Positions 15,900-24,306 of a stretch of 64,000 nucleotides of DNA are shown here, one piece after another. How positions within the stretch are numbered: the stretch's first letter is position 1; each line of letters starts with the position of its first letter. Below the pieces are notes generated by a model. That model did no database searches. It saw only the letters and a list, made by a program, of their open reading frames with translations, and was not told where the DNA came from. Both the position numbers and the translations under genes were made by a program. Source of the stretch: Gemmatimonadales bacterium (GTDB lineage Bacteria > Gemmatimonadota > Gemmatimonadetes > Gemmatimonadales > JACORV01); the NCBI GenBank assembly GCA_049513575.1, contig JBEKVZ010000004.1, forward strand, positions 3,152 through 67,151, in the 5' to 3' direction.

Positions 15900-17060
15900 G
15901 TGCGCCCGATCCCGACGCGCTCGCGTACTGGCGTTCTGCTGCTCGCGGCGGCCCTGAGCGCGTGGAGCTGCAAGGAGTCCACGGCGCCTGGTCGCTACGC
16001 CGCTCAGTCGGTCACGGCGGGAACCCAGCACAGCTGCAGCCTCACGACGAGCGGGGCGGGGCACTGCTGGGGCTGGAATGTGTATGGCCAGCTCGGCCTC
16101 GGCGGCACGGACAGCGCGGCTCACGCCACTCCCGCCTCTGTTTCCGGAGGGCTCACCTTCGCAGTGATGAGCGCCGGCGGCTATCACACCTGCGGTGTGA
16201 CGGCCGGCGGCGCGGCGTACTGCTGGGGGGATGGTGTCCACGGCCAGCTTGGCAACGGTTCGACGGCCAACGACTCCGCGCCGAGCGCGGTGTCGGGCGC
16301 TCTCGCCTTCAGCGCCGTGAGCGCGGGGCTGTACCACACGTGCGGCCTGGTGTCGGGCGGGGCAGCGCGCTGCTGGGGATACAACGTGGCCGGCGCGCTG
16401 GGGGTCGGCACCTCCGACACCGCTCCTCACGCGATGCCGGCGGCGGTCTCCGGTGGGCTCACGTTCACGGCCGTGAGCGCCGGAGGATACCACACGTGCG
16501 GCTTGACGGCTGCGGGGGCGGCCTACTGCTGGGGAGACAATACCTACGGCCAGCTTGGCGATGCGTCGAACGCCACCAGGACGGTGCCGGTGCCGGTGTC
16601 GGGCGCTCTGACCTTCGTGTCGATCAGTGCCGGCGGGTATCACACCTGCGGCCTCACGAGCGGCGCCCTCGTCTACTGCTGGGGCGCGAACGGCTACGGC
16701 GAGCTCGGTACCGGGACGACGTCCCCCAGTACCCATCCGGAGCCGTTGCCCGGGGGATTCACCTTTGCCCAGGTGAGCGCCGGACTCCTCCACACCTGCG
16801 GCGTGACGACCGGGGGGACGACCTACTGCTGGGGGTACAACGACGCCGGCCAGCTCGGCAACGGGTCGGCCGCCAACGACTCCGTGCCCACCACCGTCTC
16901 CGGCGGGATCCGCTTCGCGTCCGTCAGCGCCGGCGGGTATCACACCTGCGGCCTGACCGCCACCGGCGCGGTCTACTGCTGGGGTTACGGCCAGTTCGGC
17001 CAGGTGGGGAACGGCTCCACGAACACCGCCTACTTTCCGGCTCTCGCATCGAGCCCCTGA
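15900..17060 (+). CDS. secreted RCC1-repeat (7-bladed beta-propeller) protein
   Basis: 386 aa. Signal peptide, possibly a lipoprotein signal (LLLAAALSAWSC). Seven ~52-aa repeats of the form AGGYHTCGLT..GA.YCWG.N.YGQLG.GS......P..VSG.L.F..VS. Confidence 0.85.
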   Translation: MRPIPTRSRTGVLLLAAALSAWSCKESTAPGRYAAQSVTAGTQHSCSLTTSGAGHCWGWNVYGQLGLGGTDSAAHATPASVSGGLTFAVMSAGGYHTCGVTAGGAAYCWGDGVHGQLGNGSTANDSAPSAVSGALAFSAVSAGLYHTCGLVSGGAARCWGYNVAGALGVGTSDTAPHAMPAAVSGGLTFTAVSAGGYHTCGLTAAGAAYCWGDNTYGQLGDASNATRTVPVPVSGALTFVSISAGGYHTCGLTSGALVYCWGANGYGELGTGTTSPSTHPEPLPGGFTFAQVSAGLLHTCGVTTGGTTYCWGYNDAGQLGNGSAANDSVPTTVSGGIRFASVSAGGYHTCGLTATGAVYCWGYGQFGQVGNGSTNTAYFPALASSP

Positions 17061-17216
17061 GGGTCGTTCTCGCTGGGCTGACCGATCGGCGCGCTAGCCG
17101 CCGTGCATCCACTGGACGACGGGTGCCAGACCCGACTTTCCACAGCCGTAGGCCCTCCGGGACGCTCCAAGGCGCCGACAAGCCCACCAGACTGAAGCCC
17201 TGAGGCTGCCAGCGAC

Positions 17217-17242
17217 GCGCCACTGTCGCGGCCGAGTGGCGC
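17217..17242. terminator. GC-rich hairpin between convergent genes (possible bidirectional terminator)
   Basis: GCGCCACT-gtcgcggccg-AGTGGCGC, an 8-bp stem. There is no U-tract on either strand. Confidence 0.3.
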
Positions 17243-17251
17243 CGGCGCATC

Positions 17252-17279
17252 ACTTCGTATAAGATATGTTATGTTAAGT
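17252..17279. other. dif: candidate XerC/XerD dif chromosome-dimer resolution site
   Basis: ACTTCGTATAA-GATATG-TTATGTTAAGT. The right arm matches 10/11 the E. coli XerD arm TTATGTTAAAT. The left arm matches 9/11 the B. subtilis dif left arm ACTTCCTAGAA (both consensus sequences from memory). It is the only strongly AT-rich 28-mer in the gap where plus-strand and minus-strand gene blocks converge. Confidence 0.6.
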
Positions 17280-17329
17280 TGAATTGTGGGCAAGTGTGGA
17301 TATCGGAAGTGGGTTCCGAAGTCGGTTCC

Positions 17330-18181
17330 CTAGCCCCTTGGAAGAGCTTGGTTTAGCAGCTGACCCAGAATCCCGCGGTAAACAACTCTCCCCTCGCCGC
17401 GAAGGCGAAGGGATTTCGCGCCGGACGGTGTCTGGTCCCAGGACACGACGAGTGGCAGGCCGGACCTCGTCCAGAGCTTCACGGGAGGTTGAACCAGTTT
17501 CTCACCTGCGAGGACCAAGGCGCAGGCGACGGCGCCCGTTCCGCAGGCCAGTGTCTCTCCCTCGACACCCCGTTCGAAGGTTCGGTAGGCCCAGGTGCCG
17601 TCGCCCTTGGGAGCGACCCAATTGACGTTGGCCCCTCCTTCACCGAGGGCGGGATCCCGGCGGAGAGAAGGCCCGCGCTCCTCCAGAGGGACCCGGTCCA
17701 CGTCCTTTACACGCAGGACGAGGTGCGGGACGGACGGCCGAGCGAGCATCGGCCCCTCCTCCCCGGCCGCCGTCCTGACCGCGGGGACCGCCTTAGGCGG
17801 GGCGCAGTCGGGGAGCCAGATCTCAGACTCCCCGTTCACCACCCTGCCCCGATGGATCCCGGCTTCCGTTGAGAACCGGACTTCGTCGCCCATGCGGGTG
17901 AGCTCGAGCACCCCGGCCAGCGTCGTGGCGCAGAGGGCCCCGTTGCCGCACATCGGGCCCGGCGACCCGTCGCGGTTCCAGAACCGAAAGGCAAAGTGAA
18001 CGCCGTCCTGGTCGGCCGGCCCCAGGACCGCGACGCCGTCGGCCCCGATGCCGAGCCGCCGATCGCAGATTGCCACGATGGCTTCCGACGTCAGCTCCTC
18101 GGCCCTCAGGTGCCGCCCGTCGAACATGACGAAGTCGTTGCCCGACCCCGTCATCTTGTAGAAGACGGTGCCCTGCTTCAT
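17330..18181 (-). CDS. dapF: diaminopimelate epimerase
   Basis: 283 aa. FYKMTGSGNDFVMFD, NRDGSPGPMCGNGALC, ACGTGAVA. ATG 18181 overlaps the upstream stop (ATGA); the rest of the 444-aa ORF is artefact. Confidence 0.9.
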   Translation of the reverse strand: MKQGTVFYKMTGSGNDFVMFDGRHLRAEELTSEAIVAICDRRLGIGADGVAVLGPADQDGVHFAFRFWNRDGSPGPMCGNGALCATTLAGVLELTRMGDEVRFSTEAGIHRGRVVNGESEIWLPDCAPPKAVPAVRTAAGEEGPMLARPSVPHLVLRVKDVDRVPLEERGPSLRRDPALGEGGANVNWVAPKGDGTWAYRTFERGVEGETLACGTGAVACALVLAGEKLVQPPVKLWTRSGLPLVVSWDQTPSGAKSLRLRGEGRVVYRGILGQLLNQALPRG

Positions 18182-18900
18182 ATGCGTCCCAGCAGCGCCC
18201 AGAGGCGCAGCCGCCAGACCATCCAGATCGCCTCCTGCACGATCGCCCCGGACATCTTGCTCCGGCCGACGTTCCGGTCGCTGAAGGTGATGGTGATCTC
18301 CTTGAGGCGGAACCCCCGCTTCCAGGCGCGGAACGACGTCTCGATCTGGAACGAGTACCCGTTCGAGCGCACCTGTTCCAGGTTGATTCCTTCGAGCACG
18401 CCGCGCCGGTAGCACTTGTAGCCGCCGGTCGAGTCCCAGAGCTTGAGTCCCGTGACCCAGCGCGCGTACACGTTGGCGAAGTACGAGAGCATCAGCCGCG
18501 ACATCGGCCAGTTGATGACCGTGACACGGCGGTTGAGGTAGCGCGAGCCGATCACCAGATCGGCGTCCTGGATCTCCTTCAGGAACTTGGGCAGGTGCCG
18601 CGGGTCGTGGGAGAAATCCGCGTCCATCTCGAAGACGTAGTCGTAGCCGTGCTCGATGGCCCACCGGAAGCCGGCGCGGTACGCGGTACCCAGCCCCTGT
18701 TTGGCCGGCCGGTGGACGACGTGCACGCGCGGCGCGGCGCCGGCCAGCGCGTCGGCCAGGTCGCCCGTGCCGTCCGGCGAGTTGTCGTCGATGACCAGAA
18801 CCTCGAGCCGCGGATCCTGCTCGAGGACCAGCGGCACGATGTTGGGCAGGTTCTCCCGCTCGTTGTAGGTGGGAATGATTACGAGGGCGCGCTCAGCCAC
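18178..18900 (-). CDS. soluble GT2 polyprenol-phosphate mannosyl/glycosyl transferase (DPM1/Ppm1-like)
   Basis: 240 aa. VIIPTYNERENLP, VLVIDDNSPDGTG, GLGTAYRAGF, FEMDADFSHDP. GTG 18900 overlaps the yfhO-like stop by 8 nt. Confidence 0.85.
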   Translation of the reverse strand: MAERALVIIPTYNERENLPNIVPLVLEQDPRLEVLVIDDNSPDGTGDLADALAGAAPRVHVVHRPAKQGLGTAYRAGFRWAIEHGYDYVFEMDADFSHDPRHLPKFLKEIQDADLVIGSRYLNRRVTVINWPMSRLMLSYFANVYARWVTGLKLWDSTGGYKCYRRGVLEGINLEQVRSNGYSFQIETSFRAWKRGFRLKEITITFSDRNVGRSKMSGAIVQEAIWMVWRLRLWALLGRI

Positions 18901-21244
18901 GCCGCCTCCGCAGGGCCAGCGGGAGCAGGAGCCAGAGCGCCACGATGCCGAGCGAGGCGAAAGAGATCCCCTTCCCCGTGACATAGCTCTTGCTGGCGAA
19001 CCAGAGCCGCACCTCGTGGGCGCCGCGGGGCACCGGCACCGTGAGGAGCGTCTGCTGGCCGCGCACGACCACGGCCGCCCGTCCGTCCACGGTGGCGTGC
19101 CAATCCGGGTACCAGTTCTCGCTCACCACGAGCCACGCGTCGTGCTCGGGCGCGGGGTCGAGGCGCACGGTCATCGCGCCGGGCTCCCACGCCGCCACCG
19201 CCGCGCGGGAGGCCATCGCCGGAGGCAGCGAGTCGAGCCTGGGCGTGGTCACCGGCGCGTCCGGCGCCAACAGGACCAACCTGTCGAGGTCGAGCCGAGG
19301 GTCGAGGAGCGTGGGCACGATCCGGTCCGCGGGCACCTTGGCCGCCGCCGGCACGACGCGGGCATACGGCGGAGCCGTATCCGCCTCGTAAAAGAAGCCG
19401 TCGCGGCCGCTCGGCGTGTGGGCGACCCGCGTGACGAAGTGGTAGCCCGGCACCTGGGCCGACACCGGGGCGACGAGGTACCGCACCGCGAGCAGGTTGA
19501 AGAGCCGCAGGTTGCCGGCGTTTGCCCAGACACCCTTCCCGCCCCAGAGCTGGTCGTAGGCGTTGAGCTCGTTGCCGTGGTGGCCGAAGGCGTTCGGGAT
19601 CCGCTTCTCCATCAGGTACGCCGTCGGATAGACGCCGCCGCCGGCCTCGGCGGGGAAATCGAGCGTGCGGTACGGCGCCGGCATCGCCTCGAGTCGGCGC
19701 GTGATGTCGTCGTCCGCGTAGGCCTGCGCCATCGGAGGCGACCAGAAAAAGAAGCGGCGGGCATTGACGAACAGATCGCCGCCGACCAGGACCACGAGCA
19801 GCGCCGCCAGCGCACGCGCGTTGACCTTCCCCTGACCGGCGGCCAGACCGAGCGAGGCCACGGCGGCGAGGACCACGGCCGAGCCGATCGCGCCGAGGGC
19901 GATGGCGCCCGCGTTGCTGGCGACCTGCTGGGCCATCTGGTCGGTCGCCAGGCTGCGCGCCAGCCCGCCCAGTGCGCCGCTAGCGCCGAGGACCAGGAGG
20001 GCGCCGGCGGCGAATACCATGCCCCGCAGCGTCTTCGCGCCCTCGCCCCGCTCCAGGCGCTCCACACCGAACGCGGCGAAGCATGCGAAGACGAAGGTCG
20101 GGATGAAGAACGCCATCCCCGGGGCGCGGGTCACCTTGACCCCGGGCACGAGCGCGTACCAGAGGCGGTAGAACGGCGTGTGCCCGCCGAGCGCGACGAG
20201 GACGAATAGCGCAGCCGCGCCACCCAGGAACCAGACCAGCCGCCGGCGGGCCGCGTTCGCCACGCCGAGCGACGCCAGCGCGAGCGTCGCCGCACCGACG
20301 TACTCGGAGTGCAGCTTGAAGAAGTTGCTCCCCCAGTACTTGTCGAGGATGCCGCTGAACGTCGGGACCAGCCAGTCGAGGATGTTCTCGGGCGGCATCG
20401 CGTAGCTGGTCGCGTAGGCCCATCCCTGCTGGCCGACCGTCCGCGCCGCGTACGGCGTGTACCTGATGAACGGCAGGAGCTGGACCATCGCCACGCCGAA
20501 ACCGACGGCCACCGCCACCGCGGCGAGGCCGAGCGAGATCCAGCGCCACCGGGGCTCGGGCCGCTCGTCGTCGCCGAAGCAGAGCCAGAGCGTGAAGAGA
20601 CCGGCGACGATGAGCGAGTACTGCGTCATCTGGAGCTGCGGGCTCAGCAGGTCGAGCCCGACGACCAGGGCGACGAGCCCGAACCCCTCGAGGCGGCGCT
20701 TCCGGATGCCGAGCAGCAATCCGATCAGGAGCAACGGCAGAAGCGCCGAGACGGCCATCTTCCCGTCGTGCCCGGGGCTCACCAGCGATGCGACGATGCC
20801 CGAGAGCTGGTAGGCGAGGCCGCCGGTGACGGACGCCGTCCAGGTGGCGCCGACCGTCCGCAGGAAGACGTAGGTGAAGAGGCCCGCCAGGACGAGGTGC
20901 AGGGCGAAGACGATGTTGAGTACCGTGTCGGGCGCGAGCAGCAGGCGCAGGAACGAAGTCGGATAGAAGATGTCGCCGTGCATGGCGCCGACGAACGGCA
21001 ACCCCCCGAACATGTACGGGTTCCACAGGGGGATGTGGCCGGTCCGATGGAACTCGGAGGCCCAGAAGAAGCGGAACGGGATGCCGGTCCAGGTCTGGTC
21101 GCTGCTCTGCCCGCCGAGGAAGCTCCCGCCGAGCATCGGGTAGCAGAGCAGAATCACGCCGACGCACAGCACTCCCAGCGCCAGGAGGGTGGGATGGCGC
21201 GGCGTGAAGCCGGCTTCGGTGGTCTCAGGCTCTTGCTTCGTCAC
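18893..21244 (-). CDS. YfhO-family polytopic membrane protein (GT-C-type glycosyltransferase)
   Basis: 783 aa. More than 10 TM segments followed by a large C-terminal extracytoplasmic domain. The N-terminal pattern FWASEFHRTGHIPLWNPYMFGGLPFVGAMHGDIFYPTSFLR is typical of YfhO proteins. Confidence 0.8.
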   Translation of the reverse strand: MTKQEPETTEAGFTPRHPTLLALGVLCVGVILLCYPMLGGSFLGGQSSDQTWTGIPFRFFWASEFHRTGHIPLWNPYMFGGLPFVGAMHGDIFYPTSFLRLLLAPDTVLNIVFALHLVLAGLFTYVFLRTVGATWTASVTGGLAYQLSGIVASLVSPGHDGKMAVSALLPLLLIGLLLGIRKRRLEGFGLVALVVGLDLLSPQLQMTQYSLIVAGLFTLWLCFGDDERPEPRWRWISLGLAAVAVAVGFGVAMVQLLPFIRYTPYAARTVGQQGWAYATSYAMPPENILDWLVPTFSGILDKYWGSNFFKLHSEYVGAATLALASLGVANAARRRLVWFLGGAAALFVLVALGGHTPFYRLWYALVPGVKVTRAPGMAFFIPTFVFACFAAFGVERLERGEGAKTLRGMVFAAGALLVLGASGALGGLARSLATDQMAQQVASNAGAIALGAIGSAVVLAAVASLGLAAGQGKVNARALAALLVVLVGGDLFVNARRFFFWSPPMAQAYADDDITRRLEAMPAPYRTLDFPAEAGGGVYPTAYLMEKRIPNAFGHHGNELNAYDQLWGGKGVWANAGNLRLFNLLAVRYLVAPVSAQVPGYHFVTRVAHTPSGRDGFFYEADTAPPYARVVPAAAKVPADRIVPTLLDPRLDLDRLVLLAPDAPVTTPRLDSLPPAMASRAAVAAWEPGAMTVRLDPAPEHDAWLVVSENWYPDWHATVDGRAAVVVRGQQTLLTVPVPRGAHEVRLWFASKSYVTGKGISFASLGIVALWLLLPLALRRRRG

Positions 21245-22148
21245 GCTGGGACCTCATCGGGAAAGTGATCGCCGCGGCCAGGAGTTCCGTCACGGTCAGC
21301 AGCAGTCGCGAGCCGACCACGACAATGATGGCGCGCCTCGGCCCCATCAGCGGTAACAGCCAGATGCCGATCACGCCTTCACGCACACCGAGCCCTCCGG
21401 GGGTGAAGACCGCCAGCAGCCCCGCGAGCGAGCCGCCGGTGAAGATACCCACGGCGGACCAAAGACCCAGCCGGGTGGGGCCGACGAGCCCGGCGGCGCA
21501 GAGGTAGAGGGCCAGGCCCTGCGCCAGCCAGGCGAGCGCCGTGACCGCCGCCGAGAGCAGGAGGGCGCCCTTCCCGACCGGCGCCAGCTCGAGCGGCCTG
21601 CCGAACATCGCGCTCATCCACCGGGTCAGGACGCTCGTGCCCCGCCGCCACGCGAGCAGCGCGGCGGTCGCGGCGGCCACGATTCCACAGCCGGCGACCG
21701 CCCAGGGGTGCGCCTTCCACTGCGGCGCGGCGAGGCCGGTGATCAGCGCTCCCGTCGCGACGCTCACCAGCTGGACGATGATCGCCGATCCGGCCGCGGC
21801 CCACGGCGACACGCCGGCGCGCTGGGCCAGCGCCGCCATCCCGCCGATCTGCCAGACCTTGCCCGGGACGTAGCGCGCGAGGTTCGAGACGCACCAGACG
21901 CGCGCCGCCTGCGCGTAGCGGAGCTTGGTGGGTCCCTCCCACCCGGCAAGCACCGCGCGCCACGCGCTGATCAGCACCGCGTAGCTGGCCAGCACCATCG
22001 CGGTCGCGGCGGCCAGCGCCCCGAGGTCGAGGCGAATCCTGGCCTGGGAGCTCCTGATCTCGCCCCAGTTCGCCGCGATGGAGGCGACGACGAAGTACAA
22101 GACCACCAAGCCCAAGACCCATTGGAGGGCCAGCCAGAGGCGGCGCAC
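21225..22148 (-). CDS. LPG_synthase_TM / flippase-like domain membrane protein (UPF0104)
   Basis: 307 aa, about 8 TM segments, with NLARYVPGKVWQIGG. GTG 22148 overlaps the GT4 stop by 1 nt, and the 3' end overlaps the yfhO-like start by 20 nt. The upstream part of the 596-aa ORF is Arg/Gly-rich artefact. Confidence 0.7.
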   Translation of the reverse strand: MRRLWLALQWVLGLVVLYFVVASIAANWGEIRSSQARIRLDLGALAAATAMVLASYAVLISAWRAVLAGWEGPTKLRYAQAARVWCVSNLARYVPGKVWQIGGMAALAQRAGVSPWAAAGSAIIVQLVSVATGALITGLAAPQWKAHPWAVAGCGIVAAATAALLAWRRGTSVLTRWMSAMFGRPLELAPVGKGALLLSAAVTALAWLAQGLALYLCAAGLVGPTRLGLWSAVGIFTGGSLAGLLAVFTPGGLGVREGVIGIWLLPLMGPRRAIIVVVGSRLLLTVTELLAAAITFPMRSQRDEARA

Positions 22149-23326
22149 TAGGCGCGGCTCCGCCGCGACAGCACCGTCCTGTAAATCGCTTCGACGTTCT
22201 CCGCAACAGCCTCCGGCGACAGCCGCTCGAGCAGGGCCCGGCCGGCGCGGCTGGCTCCCGCCAGGTAGCGCTCGTCCCCCGCGACCCGGGACATCGCCAC
22301 GGCCAGGGCCGCCGGATCCCCCGGCGGCACCAACTCTCCGGCCTCGCGGTCGGTCATCAGGTCCGGAATCCCTCCCGAGCGTGTCGCCACGACGGGGACA
22401 CCGGCCACCAGCGCTTCCGCGACGACCAGGCCGAGCCCCTCGTCCACGGACGGCAGGACCAGGAGGCGCTTCGAGGCCAGGTGAGAGGCGACCTCCTCCG
22501 GCGGAACGGCCCCGGCGAACGTCACCGTGCCGGCGAGGTCGTCCGCGGCCGCGCGCCGCTCGAGCGCGGAGCGCTCCGGGCCGTCCCCGACGACCGTCAG
22601 CTCCAGCGGCTGGCCGCTCCGGCCGAGGAGCGCCAGCGCCTCGAGGAGGTCCGCGACCCGCTTCTGCCGCGTGAGGCGCCCCACGAAGACGGCGCCGTGG
22701 CGCCCTCCTGGCGCGGCCGGCTGCGCCGCGACGGGGGCGAGCGGCATCGGGGTCAACGGGATCTCGCGCGGCTCGCGCCCCAGCGCGAGCGCCGCCGTCT
22801 CCGCGAGCGCGGAGGAGACGGCAGTGACGGCCGCGGCGCGGCGGAGGACGGCGGCCATCAGCCACCGGCCTGCGGGGACCTTGCGGCTCAGCGCCACGTC
22901 GGTGCCGTGCAGCGTGACGATGAACGGCCGGCCGCGCCGGGAGGCGAGCGCGGCGGCGACGCCGCCCGGCACCCACCAGTGCGCGTGGATGACGTCCACC
23001 GGCGCGGCGCGGCACTCTTCCCCGATGGCGCGGGCGAGCGCGCGGACCAGGCCGACGAAGGTCAGGGCGGCGAGCGGGTTGGTGGCCGCGACCCGGTGCA
23101 TCGTGCCCTGATAGGCGAGCGTCTCTCGCGAGGGGGCGGCGTACCGGACGCGGCGCACGGCGACCCGGCCCAGCGTCGGTGCGCCGCGCTCCCCGCGGTC
23201 GGCCGGCGCGATCGCCGTCACCGCGTGGCCGCGCTCGGCCAGCGCCTGGGCCAGCCGTCCGAGAAAAGCGCCCGCCACGTCCCCCTCGGAGCGCGGGAAC
23301 GAGTGCGCGACCATCACCACGCGCAT
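22148..23326 (-). CDS. GT4 (group 1, GT-B) glycosyltransferase
   Basis: 392 aa. MRVVMVAHSFP...GDVAGAF; C-terminal PSVDEGLGLVVAEALVAGVPVVATRSGG (EX7E region). Confidence 0.85.
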   Translation of the reverse strand: MRVVMVAHSFPRSEGDVAGAFLGRLAQALAERGHAVTAIAPADRGERGAPTLGRVAVRRVRYAAPSRETLAYQGTMHRVAATNPLAALTFVGLVRALARAIGEECRAAPVDVIHAHWWVPGGVAAALASRRGRPFIVTLHGTDVALSRKVPAGRWLMAAVLRRAAAVTAVSSALAETAALALGREPREIPLTPMPLAPVAAQPAAPGGRHGAVFVGRLTRQKRVADLLEALALLGRSGQPLELTVVGDGPERSALERRAAADDLAGTVTFAGAVPPEEVASHLASKRLLVLPSVDEGLGLVVAEALVAGVPVVATRSGGIPDLMTDREAGELVPPGDPAALAVAMSRVAGDERYLAGASRAGRALLERLSPEAVAENVEAIYRTVLSRRSRA

Positions 23327-23331
23327 CGCGC

Positions 23332-24306
23332 CTAGGGCTCGGGCGACCGGCGGCGGGACAGCTCCGCGGTCAGGTCCTGAATGGCGCGATGCAGCCCGTG
23401 CAGCTCCTCGCGCTGGCCGGCCAGCAGCTCTCCGATGAAGCCGAACCCGAAGAGCGCGATCCCGGAGATGACGAGCGTCTCGATGAGGTTGAGGAGCGGC
23501 CGGAACCCGACGCCGTAGCCGAACCGGACGATCAGGGCGGCGATGCCGGCCAGGAAGCCGAGCAGGAAGAGGATCGTGCCGGAGACGCCGAAGAACAGCA
23601 TCGGTTTGCGGCCGAACTTGAGCTGGAACCAGACGGACAGGAGATCCATCACGCCGACCGGGATGCGGGCGATCCCGAACTTGCTCCGCCCCGCCCTGCG
23701 CGGCATGAGCTTGACCGGCCGCTCCGCCAGCACGAACCCCTGGGCTGCGGCAACGACGGCGAAGAACCGGTGCCAGTCGGGCCGCGCCGGCACGGCGTTC
23801 ATCACCGCGCGCCGGTAGGCCTTCACCGAGTTGAGGTCGGTCACCCGGATCCCGAACAGCAGGCGGCAGAGCCCGTTGTAGATGCCGGAGACGAACGCCT
23901 TCTCGTAGTGGCCTTGCTTGATGCCCGTGACCAGGTCCGCCTCGCCCGCCAGGATCGGCGCGACGAGCGACGGGATCTCGGCCGGCAGGTACTGCAGGTC
24001 GGCCGGATAGAAGACCAGGATATCCCCCCGGGCGGCGTCCCCCGCGGTCTTGAGCGCGTCGGCGATCCCCTGCTGGGTGCGGTGGCGCTCCCAGCGGAGG
24101 AACGGATGCCGCGCGGCGAGATCCTTCAGGACCTCGGGCGTGGTGTCGGTGCTGCCGTCGTCCACGACGACGACCTCGGCGCTGAACGGCGCCGGTAGCA
24201 GCGCCGCGGCCGCCTGCGCGACGAACTCGGGGAGGTTCTCCGCCTCGTCCTTCGCCGGGACGAGCACGCTGACGTCCACCGGCCCCCTGCCGCTGGCAAG
24301 GCTCAT
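23332..24306 (-). CDS. GT2 polyprenyl-phosphate glycosyltransferase with two C-terminal TM helices (GtrB/CsbB/ArnC architecture)
   Basis: 324 aa. VSVLVPAKDEAENLP, VVVVDDGSTDTT, FYPADLQY, then MLFFGVSGTILFLLGFLAGIAALIV and LIETLVISGIALFGFGFIGELLAG. ATG 24306 overlaps the rpoN stop (ATGA). Confidence 0.85.
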   Translation of the reverse strand: MSLASGRGPVDVSVLVPAKDEAENLPEFVAQAAAALLPAPFSAEVVVVDDGSTDTTPEVLKDLAARHPFLRWERHRTQQGIADALKTAGDAARGDILVFYPADLQYLPAEIPSLVAPILAGEADLVTGIKQGHYEKAFVSGIYNGLCRLLFGIRVTDLNSVKAYRRAVMNAVPARPDWHRFFAVVAAAQGFVLAERPVKLMPRRAGRSKFGIARIPVGVMDLLSVWFQLKFGRKPMLFFGVSGTILFLLGFLAGIAALIVRFGYGVGFRPLLNLIETLVISGIALFGFGFIGELLAGQREELHGLHRAIQDLTAELSRRRSPEP

